DNA of 64,000 nt from an uncultured delta proteobacterium (GTDB lineage Bacteria > Desulfobacterota > Desulfuromonadia > Desulfuromonadales > JACZKF01): positions 352,001 to 416,000 of the forward strand of contig CAWFKQ010000016.1 in assembly GCA_963816395.1 (NCBI GenBank), written 5' to 3'. Every line of letters begins with the position of its first letter. Positions within the stretch are counted from its first letter, which is position 1. The position numbers and the translations under genes were made by a program. The notes under the pieces are model-generated. The model saw nothing but the letters and a program-made list of their open reading frames with translations, was not told the DNA's origin and made no database searches. Below are positions 1 through 10,599 of this stretch, in pieces.

Positions 1-1373
1 AAGCGGGGATGGCCGTGCAGGGAAACAGTGAGCACGTCGTTGCGCTCGTAGAAGATGTCCTGGGTGCCGTTACCGTGGTGGTAATCGATGTCGAGCACCG
101 CCACCTTGCCGAAAGCGGAGAGGTGGTGGGCCGCCACCGCCGAGTTGCCGAAATAGCAGAAACCGCCGAACACCCGCCGTTCGGCATGATGGCCGGGGGG
201 GCGCACCAGGGCGTAGGCGAGCCGCTGCCCTTCCAGCAGGTGGCGGGCGGCGGTGAGGGCGCAATCGACGGCGCGCTTGGCCGCCGGCCAGACATTATGG
301 GTGAGCGGGGTAAAGGTATCCATGCAGTAATAGCCGGCGCGCACCGCTCGCTCCTTAGGCGGCCGGGCGGCATTGCGGATGGGGAAGACGTAGGGATACA
401 CCGCTTCCTTAACCTTCAGGCCGACGCAGACCGCCTTCAGGTAATCGACGAAATCGGCGGCATGCACCGCCCGCAGATGCTTTTCCGAGAAGCGGCGCAC
501 CGGCACCTGACGGAAGAAAGGGGTGCGCTGGAGCTCCCGCAGAATGGAGCGCACCCGCACCGGCGACTCCACATAGCCGCGTTCGCGGATGTGGTGGATG
601 TCATGCAGATCGTTGACCACCAGAACGATCTGCCGGTCGGCGGCAAACATCTGCCGCTGCACCGGCGCCGCCGTCTCCTCTTTCAGGTAGCGCGGGGGAC
701 GCAGGCGCACCGGGTCGTCGCGGAAGGAATCGACCACCATGTCGATGTAGCTCTTCGGGCAGAGGTGGGCGTACTTGCGCTCCAGGATGGCGCGGACGAT
801 GGCGCGGGCCTCCTCGCGGCTGGGCCGGCGGCCCTGGCCAAGGCCGTCGAAAACCAGGTAGGGAGGGTTGTCGTCTCCCGGCTTGACCGGCGTCTCATAG
901 GCGGTGCCGGTGATCGGCAGGGCGCCGTATTTTTCGTAGAATTTCAGCCGCGCCCGGTTCTGCCGGAGGATCTTCGGGTCGCGGCAGAGGGCCGGGTCAT
1001 CGGGCAGGCATTCGAAGAAGATGCCGATGGTTCCCAGTTCCAGCGCCTCCTCGCGCAGCCGCTCGTAGAGGGCACCGCCGATGCCGCGGCCGGTCATCTT
1101 CTCGGCGGCGGAGATGTATTCCAGGTAGGCGAAGCGCAGGTCCGGTTCCTGCAGCAGCAGGGCGAAGCCCTGGATCTGTCCCCGCTGGTTTTCGGCGACA
1201 TAGAGGATGGAGCGGAAACGGTACTTGAGGGGATTGCGCAGTTGCTCCGGCAGTTTGCCGATGTCCTTTTCGGAGAGGGCGGGAAACTGGGCGCGCAGGA
1301 TTTCCAGAACGCTCAGAACGGCGGCCCGGTTGACCGGCAGCAGATCGTCGTAGATGCGGCGGATGCGGAACAT
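1..1373 (-). CDS. GNAT acetyltransferase + histone deacetylase/acetylpolyamine amidohydrolase family fusion (3' end runs off the window)
   Basis: Not in the ORF track; translated by hand from ATG 1373. GNAT-like motifs YLEYISAAEKMTGRGIGGALYERL and RLKFYEKYG, then HDAC motifs RPPGHH, GGFC, DIDYHHGNGTQ, SLHG. Confidence 0.9.
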   Translation of the reverse strand, partial: MFRIRRIYDDLLPVNRAAVLSVLEILRAQFPALSEKDIGKLPEQLRNPLKYRFRSILYVAENQRGQIQGFALLLQEPDLRFAYLEYISAAEKMTGRGIGGALYERLREEALELGTIGIFFECLPDDPALCRDPKILRQNRARLKFYEKYGALPITGTAYETPVKPGDDNPPYLVFDGLGQGRRPSREEARAIVRAILERKYAHLCPKSYIDMVVDSFRDDPVRLRPPRYLKEETAAPVQRQMFAADRQIVLVVNDLHDIHHIRERGYVESPVRVRSILRELQRTPFFRQVPVRRFSEKHLRAVHAADFVDYLKAVCVGLKVKEAVYPYVFPIRNAARPPKERAVRAGYYCMDTFTPLTHNVWPAAKRAVDCALTAARHLLEGQRLAYALVRPPGHHAERRVFGGFCYFGNSAVAAHHLSAFGKVAVLDIDYHHGNGTQDIFYERNDVLTVSLHGHPR

Positions 1374-1387
1374 GCAATCATTATAAT

Positions 1388-1461
1388 CAGCGAGATGGTG
1401 AGATAGGTAGCAGGAAGATAGATTTTCACTACCTCACTATCTTGCTATCTCACTATCTCGC
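1388..1461. repeat. Nonamer-based imperfect inverted repeat (GTGAGATAG family)
   Basis: gcgagatggtgagatagg ... ctacctcactatcttgctatctcactatctcgc; related copies near 37268, 37668, 43820, 59159. Confidence 0.7.
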
Positions 1462-2537
1462 TAGCCTCTCGCCTTCGGCAGCAGTTCCGCCAGCAGGTCG
1501 AACAGTTCCTCCATGTCGGCCATGGTGAAGTCGGCCATGTGGGCGATGCGGAAGGTCTTGTTCTTGATCTTGCCGTAGCCGTTGTCGATGGCATAACCGC
1601 GTTCCCCGGCTAGTTTCTTCAGCTTCTCCAGGTCGGTGCGGCCGTCGTTGACGGCGCAGGTGAGGGTGAGCGATTCATACCCGGGCGCCGCGAAAAGAGG
1701 AAAAGCGTTGGCCTGTACCCATTCCCGGGTCGTCTCGGCCAGCTGCCGGTGGCGGGCATAGCGGTTCTCCAGCCCCTCGGCGAACATCTTTGCGAGTTGG
1801 TGGTCGAGGGCATAGATCAGGCTGATGCAGGGAGTGCTGGGGGTGTTGTCCTTCTCGTCGTTCTTTTCGAATTCCTCGAAATCGAAGTAATAGCCGCGGT
1901 TGGGAGTGGTTCGCGCCTTTTCCAGGGCGCGCCGGGAGACGGCGAAAACTGCCAGCCCCGGCGGCAGGCCGAAGGCCTTCTGCACCCCCGCCAGGCAGAC
2001 GTCCGTTCCCAGGGCAGCCAGGTCGAGGGGGACGGCGCTCATCGAAGAGACGGTGTCGACGATGAAGGAGACGTCCGGATACTTCTTCATCACCTCGGCG
2101 ATCTCCGCCAAGGGGCTGAGCACGCCGGTGGAGGTCTCGTTGTGCACCACCGTCATGGCATCGTATCTGCCGCTGGCCAGGGCTTTGTCCACCATCTCCG
2201 GGGTGATCGGCTGTCCCCACTCGGCCTCGAAGCCGTCCGCCTCGATGCCGCAGCGGCGGGTGACGTCGTGCCACTTGCTGCTGAAGGCGCCGTTGCCGAA
2301 ATTGGCGCAGCGTTTCTGCACCAGGTTGCGCACCGCCCCCTCCATCACCCCGAAGGCGCTGGAAGTGGAGAGGAAGACCGGATCGGTGGTGTTCAGCAGC
2401 CGCTGCAGTCCGGTCTTCACCCGGTGGTGCACGGCGGCGTACTCTTTCATGCGATGGCCGACCATCGGTGCGCTCATCGCCTGCATGACATCCAGGCCGA
2501 CTTCCACCGGGCCGGGGATGTAGAGCTTTTTGTGCAT
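1461..2537 (-). CDS. PLP-dependent aminotransferase class V (serine-glyoxylate / phosphoserine aminotransferase-like)
   Basis: IPGP N-terminus, HNETSTG, DTVSS, GVQKAFGLPPG (PLP lysine), FRIAHM; GGAGG RBS. Confidence 0.9.
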   Translation of the reverse strand: MHKKLYIPGPVEVGLDVMQAMSAPMVGHRMKEYAAVHHRVKTGLQRLLNTTDPVFLSTSSAFGVMEGAVRNLVQKRCANFGNGAFSSKWHDVTRRCGIEADGFEAEWGQPITPEMVDKALASGRYDAMTVVHNETSTGVLSPLAEIAEVMKKYPDVSFIVDTVSSMSAVPLDLAALGTDVCLAGVQKAFGLPPGLAVFAVSRRALEKARTTPNRGYYFDFEEFEKNDEKDNTPSTPCISLIYALDHQLAKMFAEGLENRYARHRQLAETTREWVQANAFPLFAAPGYESLTLTCAVNDGRTDLEKLKKLAGERGYAIDNGYGKIKNKTFRIAHMADFTMADMEELFDLLAELLPKARG

Positions 2538-2677
2538 GGAAACCTCCAGTCAGGTTGTCATCGGTCACTGGTTCCCTGGTCATGGGCAAGAAGCGAATGA
2601 CGAAGGAACAGGGGACCGATAGATTTTTGAAAGCCGATGGCCACTGACTAATGACCAAGGACGATTTTTGCGTAAAC

Positions 2678-2717
2678 AAAAAACGCCCGTTCTCCATCGG
2701 TTTTGGAGCCCAGGCGT
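2678..2717 (-). terminator. Intrinsic terminator forming the riboswitch expression platform
   Basis: Minus strand ACGCCUG-GG-CUCCA loop UGGAG-AA-CGGGCGU then a U-run; overlaps the aptamer 3' element CGCCUGGGC. Confidence 0.75.
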
Positions 2718-2781
2718 GCGACGAAGGTCTGTTCAAGTCCTGTTCCCCGATGGTGCCCCATCCGACGCCAGTTACAGGAGA
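2708..2781 (-). ncRNA. ZMP/ZTP (pfl) riboswitch aptamer
   Basis: Minus strand UCCUGU-AACUGGCG-UCG-GAUGG-GGCA-CCAUC-GGGGA-ACAGGA, linker, GUCGCACGCCUGGGC: P1, P2, ACUGGCG/CGCC pseudoknot and terminal CGCCUGGGC match the class consensus. Confidence 0.85.
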
Positions 2782-2844
2782 CCCTTCAAATTGTAGATGG
2801 GGCGGATTTACCACGGGCCGCCGGCGCCTGTCAAGGCATTCGCG

Positions 2845-2873
2845 TTGACAATCCACAGGGCGGACGCTACTAT
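2845..2873 (+). promoter_or_regulatory. Sigma-70 promoter for the DUF507 pair
   Basis: TTGACA-N17-TACTAT. Confidence 0.7.
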
Positions 2874-2895
2874 TCATCACTCTGGAGGAATCCCC

Positions 2896-3174
2896 ATGCG
2901 TTTCACCGACGAACAGATCCGCCGCCTCGCCGACCGGTTGCTGACCGCCCTGGTCGAGCGGGGCGGCAGCAGCCTGAAGGCCGATCGGCAAGCCGTCCAC
3001 GCGCGGCTCGCGGCCATCATCCGGGGTAACCTGACCCAGGAGGAGGACCTCGACCGTGATGCCCGGGAACTCCTGGAGGCGCACCTGCAGCAGGCGCCGG
3101 CCGGGATCGACCGGCAGAAGATGTTCCTGATGATCAAGAAAAAACTGGCCGAAGAAAGGGGGATTCCCCTGTGA
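2896..3174 (+). CDS. DUF507 family protein
   Basis: GGAGG RBS; MRFTDEQIRRLA...MFLMIKKKLAEERG. Confidence 0.75.
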   Translation: MRFTDEQIRRLADRLLTALVERGGSSLKADRQAVHARLAAIIRGNLTQEEDLDRDARELLEAHLQQAPAGIDRQKMFLMIKKKLAEERGIPL

Positions 3175-3437
3175 AGCTTTCCGAGCAGCGCATCTCCCAC
3201 CTCTCGCACCTGATCCTGGACGGCCTCTGGCGGGCCGACCTGCTCGATTACCGGGATGAGGCCGACGCCCTGCGCGCCATCAAGGAGGAGCTCACTCGAC
3301 TGCTGTCGGTGGACGACGAGGTGGATACCATGGTGCGGCAGAAACTCTCCCGTCAACAGAAGATCCCGGGCAGTCGTGAGTGGCAGATCCTGTACGACAA
3401 GTATTTCCGCGAAGAAATGACCAAACGCCGCTGGTAG
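3171..3437 (+). CDS. DUF507 family protein
   Basis: GTGA overlap with the upstream gene; MKLSEQRISHLSH...PGSREWQILYDKYFREE. Confidence 0.75.
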   Translation: MKLSEQRISHLSHLILDGLWRADLLDYRDEADALRAIKEELTRLLSVDDEVDTMVRQKLSRQQKIPGSREWQILYDKYFREEMTKRRW

Positions 3438-3515
3438 GCACGGCGCGCTGTGCCTTTTCAACCTGCTTGGCCTGTCCAATCATCCCCCCGTCAAAAAAAA
3501 TTTTCGTTTAAACTC

Positions 3516-3543
3516 TTGACATCCAGAACCAGCTGATTATATT
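3516..3543 (+). promoter_or_regulatory. Sigma-70 promoter of groESL
   Basis: TTGACA-N16-TATATT just upstream of CIRCE. Confidence 0.6.
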
Positions 3544-3554
3544 TAGCCCAGTTG

Positions 3555-3581
3555 TTAGCACTCCTCTTTCCCGAGTGCTAA
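3555..3581 (+). promoter_or_regulatory. CIRCE element (HrcA operator)
   Basis: Perfect TTAGCACTC-N9-GAGTGCTAA upstream of groES. Confidence 0.95.
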
Positions 3582-3705
3582 CAGCCCCTCGCAAAGGGGC
3601 TTGGATCAGTCTCCGCGGATTCGAGCGTCTTTTTATTTTTGGGCTGAAAGAGAGGGAGTGATTCCCCCAATTCCATTCCGTCGCGTCATGAAAGGAGAAC
3701 AAGGT

Positions 3706-5680
<1,975 letters not shown>

Positions 5681-5705
5681 GTCGCCGCCGCTCTGAGCTG
5701 AACAG

Positions 5706-5738
5706 AAAAAGCCCCCCGGTCTTCCGGGGGGCTTTTTT
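5706..5738 (+). terminator. Rho-independent terminator after groEL
   Basis: AAAAAGCCCCCCGG-TCTT-CCGGGGGGCTTTTTT. Confidence 0.9.
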
Positions 5739-5882
5739 CTGGCGAGCATAGTCCTCGCGATCAGCTGGGATATTTTGCCCTGCCTCAATTCCTGCGTTCA
5801 ACCAGGCTGCCCGCCTGCTCTCCGCCCCAGATCTTCGCGTTCGCGACTCACCACCTCTCCATCAGCCTCCTGTGCCGTCTGA

Positions 5883-5895
5883 AATCAAGCGGTTG
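5883..5895 (+). promoter_or_regulatory. Possible IHF site
   Basis: AATCAA-GCGG-TTG matches WATCAA-N4-TTR; short motif, may be chance. Confidence 0.35.
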
Positions 5896-6010
5896 AAATT
5901 CAGCTTTCCTTCGACCGCGAAAAGAGATACGCTACTTCTGCGAAAATTTAATCCGACCTGAAAACACGATTGCGCCTCCGTACCGAAATCGCCTTCCAAG
6001 GAAATCCCGG

Positions 6011-7981
6011 ATGTCCACATTCCAAAATTTCTGCTCGGCAACCTTTCGCCTTGCGTCGACGAGCCTCTTTGTCTGTGTCCTTTTTCTTTCTTCCGCCCGG
6101 GCCGGAGAGATTTCTCCATCCCTGCAGGCGAAGCTCTCAGCGGCAGAGTCCGGGTCCACTCTTGCGGTCATCGTCACCTTCACCGCAAAGGCCGACCTGC
6201 AGCCGCTGCGGGCGCAGGTGAAGACCGCGCGGCGCCTTGGTGCGGTGCGGGCGCTGCGGGAAACCGCCGACCGCGCGCAGGGAGCGGTGCGCGCCCTGCT
6301 GCGCGCCAGGGGGAAGGCTTTCCAGACGCTGTGGGTCGTCGACGGCATGTCTTTGGACGCCGCCCCGGATCTGATCCGGGAACTCGCCGCCCGGCCGGAG
6401 GTGGCCCGCATCGAGTTGAACGCCACCCTTCAGCTGCCGGCGGTGACGGTCAGCCAGGACTTCCGGGGAGGAATGGAATATCGCTGCGGTCCATGCCCCG
6501 GATCTCTGGGCGCAGAGGATTACCGGTCAGGGCGTGACCGTGGCGGTGCTGGACACCGGGGTGGATGTCAGCCACCCCGATCTGGCCACGCCGACACCCG
6601 TTTTCGCTCTGGCGGCTGGTTCAATGCCATCACCCCCGTCTGCGGGCAGACCATCGATGGCGCGACGATCGAATGCTGACACCACCTGCGATCTCGATAC
6701 CGATGCCCCTTGCGACAGCGATGGGCACGGGACGATGGTGACAGGGGTGATTGCCGGCGGCAGTGCCAGCGGCAAGGCGATCGGCGTCGCCCCCGGCGCC
6801 CAATGGATTGCCGCGAAAATCTTCGACGATGCCGGGGTGGCGGTAAACAGTCAGATAATCGCCGCTTTCCAGTGGGTGCTCGATCCGGACGGCAATCCGG
6901 CTACCGACGATGCGCCGGGCGTGGTGAACGGTTCCTGGGGTCTGGAAGGAGAGGAGAACGTCTGCGACGGCATCTTCCGCACGGCGATCCAGAACCTGCG
7001 AGGCGGCCGGCATTGCCGTGGTGTTCGCGGGCGGCAATTATGCTTCCCGCCTACGCCTGCCAACACCAGCATCAGCCCGGCCAACTATCCCGAGAGCTTC
7101 GCCGTCGGCGCGATAGACCAGAGTTCGTCGCTGGCGGGTTTCAGCGACCGTGGGCCGTCGGCCTGCGACGATTCCACCTATCCGCGAATCGTGGCGCCGG
7201 GGGTCCATGTCAGGACATCCACCGATCCGGCATCCAATCCCGATGGCGATCTTTACGCCTCGGTCAGCGGCACCTCCTTTTCCGCCCCGCATGTTGCCGG
7301 GGTGATGGCGCTGCTGCTCAGCGCCGACCCGGAGCTGCCGGCGAGCCGGCTGGAAAGTATACTCCAGCTCTCCGCCACCCCTCTCGGCACTTCCACCCCC
7401 AACGACGATTACGGCTACGGGATGGTGAACGCCGCGGCCGCCTACGACCTGGTCTCCGCCGCCCGGAAGAATGCCGCGAATACCCCGCCGCCGGCGGCGA
7501 CGCTGGTGGCGCCCGCCGGCGGCGCCACCGGTCTGGCGCTGCCGGTCGTCCTGCAATGGACGCAGGATCCCGATGCCGACGGCGATGCCATTATCAACTC
7601 CGTCCTCGTCTCCCAATCGCCCGATTTTACCGGCGCCGTGCCGTTCCCGGCGGTCGCCGCGGCCAGCGGCGGATTTCCCTGCCGGCGGGCGCCGGCGGAT
7701 TTCTCGTCTTCGGCCTGGCCGCCGGTTGGGCCGGCGGCGCCGGAAATCGGCGATAATGCTCCTGCTGGGCTCTCTGCTCGCCCTGCTGGTCGCCTGCAGC
7801 GGCGGCTCTTCTGATAACAAGCGACACCTGGCGGGAGCCCGAACCCGTCTCCCGCCGGCCTTCAAATTATACCCTGACCGATCTCGCCCCCGCGACAACC
7901 TATTACTGGAAGGTGCTCAGCGAGGACAGTGGGGGTGGAGCGGTGGAAAGTGCGGTAAGGAATTTCACCACCCGGAATTAA
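6011..7981 (+). CDS. Secreted S8 subtilisin-family protease 1 (several apparent frameshifts)
   Basis: Signal peptide, I9-like propeptide, triad motifs LDTG / HGT / GTSFSAPH across frames; ends TDLAPATTYYWKVLSED...NFTTRN* at TAA 7979-7981. Confidence 0.85.
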
Positions 7982-8330
7982 TCCGCTGTGTGATGACAGT
8001 ACGCCTGGGCACGCGCTCATGTCTGCCCAGGACAGCCACGAGGAGCCGCTCCAGGAAAGGAAGAAGTATTCATCTGCCGGTATTTCTCCGGAAGCTGCTG
8101 GAAACCCAACCTCTCCGCCGGTAATCCCACCTGTCCCGATCTAAATTAATAAGAAAATTAAATTTTACGTGCTGTGCCAGGTAGACTTCAACCGGTTCTA
8201 TGCTAGATTTCGCTCTAAATTCCGACACCCGAGATGCGACCTCCGCAGACGATGAACGGTAGGCGCCCACCGTCAGTGCGCGTCGCCAACCGCTACCTTA
8301 TCCCCTGCCTTCTGGAACTGAATGATAAAA

Positions 8331-10535
8331 ATGAAAACTCAGCGTCTGCTTGTTCTGCTGCTGCTGGCGAGTGTTTTTGGAGAGATCGCAACGGCTCGGG
8401 CGGGGACTCTGGGGTCCGAGCTGCAGGCGGTCCTGCAGACCGCGGCGGCCGGGGAGGAAATCCCGGTCATAGTGACCTTTGCCGCCGAGGCGAACCTCCA
8501 GTCGCTGGCGGTGCAGCCGCGGGCTCTGCGCCGCGTGGGGGTGGTGCGGGCGCTGCGGGCGACCGCCGAGCGCTCGCAGGGGGCGGTGCACGCCATGCTG
8601 CAGGCGCGGGGGAGAAAGTTCCAGCCGCTGTGGATCATCAACGGACTGGCCCTGGAGGCGCCGCCGGCGCTGATCGGCGAACTGGCCGCCCGACCGGAGG
8701 TGGCGGCGATCGAGTACGACGCCCTGGTCCGCCTGCCGGAAGTGACCCCCAGCCAGGCGGCGGGGGTGGAGTGGAACCTTGATGCGGTGCATGCCCCGGA
8801 GCTGTGGAAACAGGGGATCACCGGCCAGGGGGTGACGGTGGCGACCCTGGACAGCGGCGTCGACGTGAACCATCCCGACCTCCGTCCCAAGTGGCGCGGC
8901 GGCAGCAACAGCTGGTTCAATCCCTATGCCGCCGCCTGCGGGAAGACCATTGCCGACTGCACCCCCTGCGAACAGAATGCCTCCACCCCCTGCGACGATG
9001 CCGTGGGCCAGGATCAGGGGCACGGCACGGCGGTCATGGGAGTGCTGGTCGGCGACAGCAGCAGCGGCAGCGCTATCGGCATCGCCCCCGGCGCCCAGTG
9101 GATTACGGCGAAGGTGTTCCGGGACGACGGTACGGCGCCGAACAGCATGATCCATCTGGCCTTCCAGTGGCTTCTCGATCCCGACGGCGATCCGGCCACC
9201 GACGATGCGCCGGATGTGGTGAACAATTCCTGGGGCTTCGAAACCGCGCCGGGTCTCTGCAGCAACGAGTTTCTCCCCGATGTCCGGGCGCTGATAAGCG
9301 CCGGCATTCCCGCCGTCTTCTCGGCCGGAAACGCCGGGCCGACTTCGAACACCGGCGTCAGCCCGGCGAATTACGCCGAGAGTTTCGCCGTCGGGGCAGT
9401 CGATCAGAACTCGCTGGTGGCTGTTTTCAGCAGTCGGGGTCCCTCAAGCTGCGACGGCAGCATTTTCCCGGAGGTGGTTGCGCCTGGGGTGCACATCCGT
9501 ACCGCCGGCCTGAATTCGCTGTATGTTCTTATCGACGGTACCTCCTTCTCCTCGCCGCACGTCGCCGGGGTGATGGCCCTGCTGTTCAGTGCCTTCCCCT
9601 CCCTGACGGTGAGCCAGTTGGAGGATGCCCTCACGCAGTCCGCCACCGACCTCGGCCCGACGGGGCCGGACAACGACTACGGCAATGGCCTGGTGAACGC
9701 CCTGGCAGCCTACAACCTGCTCTCGGGCATCCCCGACCTCTCGGTCCACGACCCCGTCCCCCCGGCCGACGACCTGCAGCTCGATTTCGGCCATCTGCCG
9801 CCGGGACAGGCGGTCAGTCAGCCGGTGACCCTGAGCAACAACGGCAGCGGTCTGCTGCAGATCAGTGGAGTCGGCACGCTGCCGCCGCCCTTCTCGGTCA
9901 TTCAGGACGGCTGCAGCGGCCGCGGTCTGATGGCCGGGGATTCCTGCACGATTACCCTCGGTTTCGCCCCGCAGTCGCTGGGCCAGTTCGCCGCCGGCCT
10001 GCAGATCGACAGCAACGATCCGGACCAGGGGACGGTCACCCTGCAGCTGAGCGGTCACGGCAACACCCTGCCGCCGCCGGCGCACCTGGTGGCTCCGGAC
10101 GATGGCGCCACCGGCCTGTCTATTCCGGTGACCCTGCAGTGGACCCAGATCCCCGATGCCGACGGAGATACCATCACCCACTTCGTTTTTCTCTCCCGGA
10201 CCGGCGACTTCACCGACAGCACGCCGATGCCGGTGGCGGCCGCCGGAAGCAGCCGGGGAGCCCTGCTGGCCGGCGCCGGCGGCCTGCTCGCCTTTGCTCT
10301 GGCCGCCGGCCGGCGCCGGCGGCGGGCGGCGCTGCTGCTGCCAGGTGTTCTGCTCCTGCTGCTGTTCGCCTGCAACGGCGGGGGCGGGGGCTCCTCCTCG
10401 GGAGAGCAGGGGGAGCCAGTCAGCTACACCCTGAGCGATCTCGCCCCCGCCACCACCTACTATTGGAAGGTGGTCAGCGAGGACAGCCGAAGTGGGGCGG
10501 TGGAAAGCGCCGTGCGTAGCTTTACGACCCGATAA
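8331..10535 (+). CDS. Secreted S8 subtilisin-family protease 2 with ASH/choice-of-anchor D-like Ig domain and interrupted Fn3-like C-terminal domain
   Basis: Intact ORF; LDSG, HGT, GTSFSSPH; LDFG...TLSNNG...CSG...SCTITLGFAP...SNDPD domain; paralog of the upstream gene. Confidence 0.92.
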   Translation: MKTQRLLVLLLLASVFGEIATARAGTLGSELQAVLQTAAAGEEIPVIVTFAAEANLQSLAVQPRALRRVGVVRALRATAERSQGAVHAMLQARGRKFQPLWIINGLALEAPPALIGELAARPEVAAIEYDALVRLPEVTPSQAAGVEWNLDAVHAPELWKQGITGQGVTVATLDSGVDVNHPDLRPKWRGGSNSWFNPYAAACGKTIADCTPCEQNASTPCDDAVGQDQGHGTAVMGVLVGDSSSGSAIGIAPGAQWITAKVFRDDGTAPNSMIHLAFQWLLDPDGDPATDDAPDVVNNSWGFETAPGLCSNEFLPDVRALISAGIPAVFSAGNAGPTSNTGVSPANYAESFAVGAVDQNSLVAVFSSRGPSSCDGSIFPEVVAPGVHIRTAGLNSLYVLIDGTSFSSPHVAGVMALLFSAFPSLTVSQLEDALTQSATDLGPTGPDNDYGNGLVNALAAYNLLSGIPDLSVHDPVPPADDLQLDFGHLPPGQAVSQPVTLSNNGSGLLQISGVGTLPPPFSVIQDGCSGRGLMAGDSCTITLGFAPQSLGQFAAGLQIDSNDPDQGTVTLQLSGHGNTLPPPAHLVAPDDGATGLSIPVTLQWTQIPDADGDTITHFVFLSRTGDFTDSTPMPVAAAGSSRGALLAGAGGLLAFALAAGRRRRRAALLLPGVLLLLLFACNGGGGGSSSGEQGEPVSYTLSDLAPATTYYWKVVSEDSRSGAVESAVRSFTTR

Positions 10536-10539
10536 AGTG

Positions 10540-10566
10540 AAAAGCCCCCGGAGACGGGGGCCTTTC
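10540..10566. terminator. Probable bidirectional terminator
   Basis: AAAAGCCCCCG-GAGA-CGGGGGCCTTT between convergent genes. Confidence 0.65.
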
Positions 10567-10599
10567 CGGGCGCAAGTTTTGGCGTAGCTAAGGTGTTGC

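Noticed and set aside
9..1406. 465-aa plus-strand ORF
   Set aside because: Antisense shadow of the minus-strand GNAT-HDAC gene.
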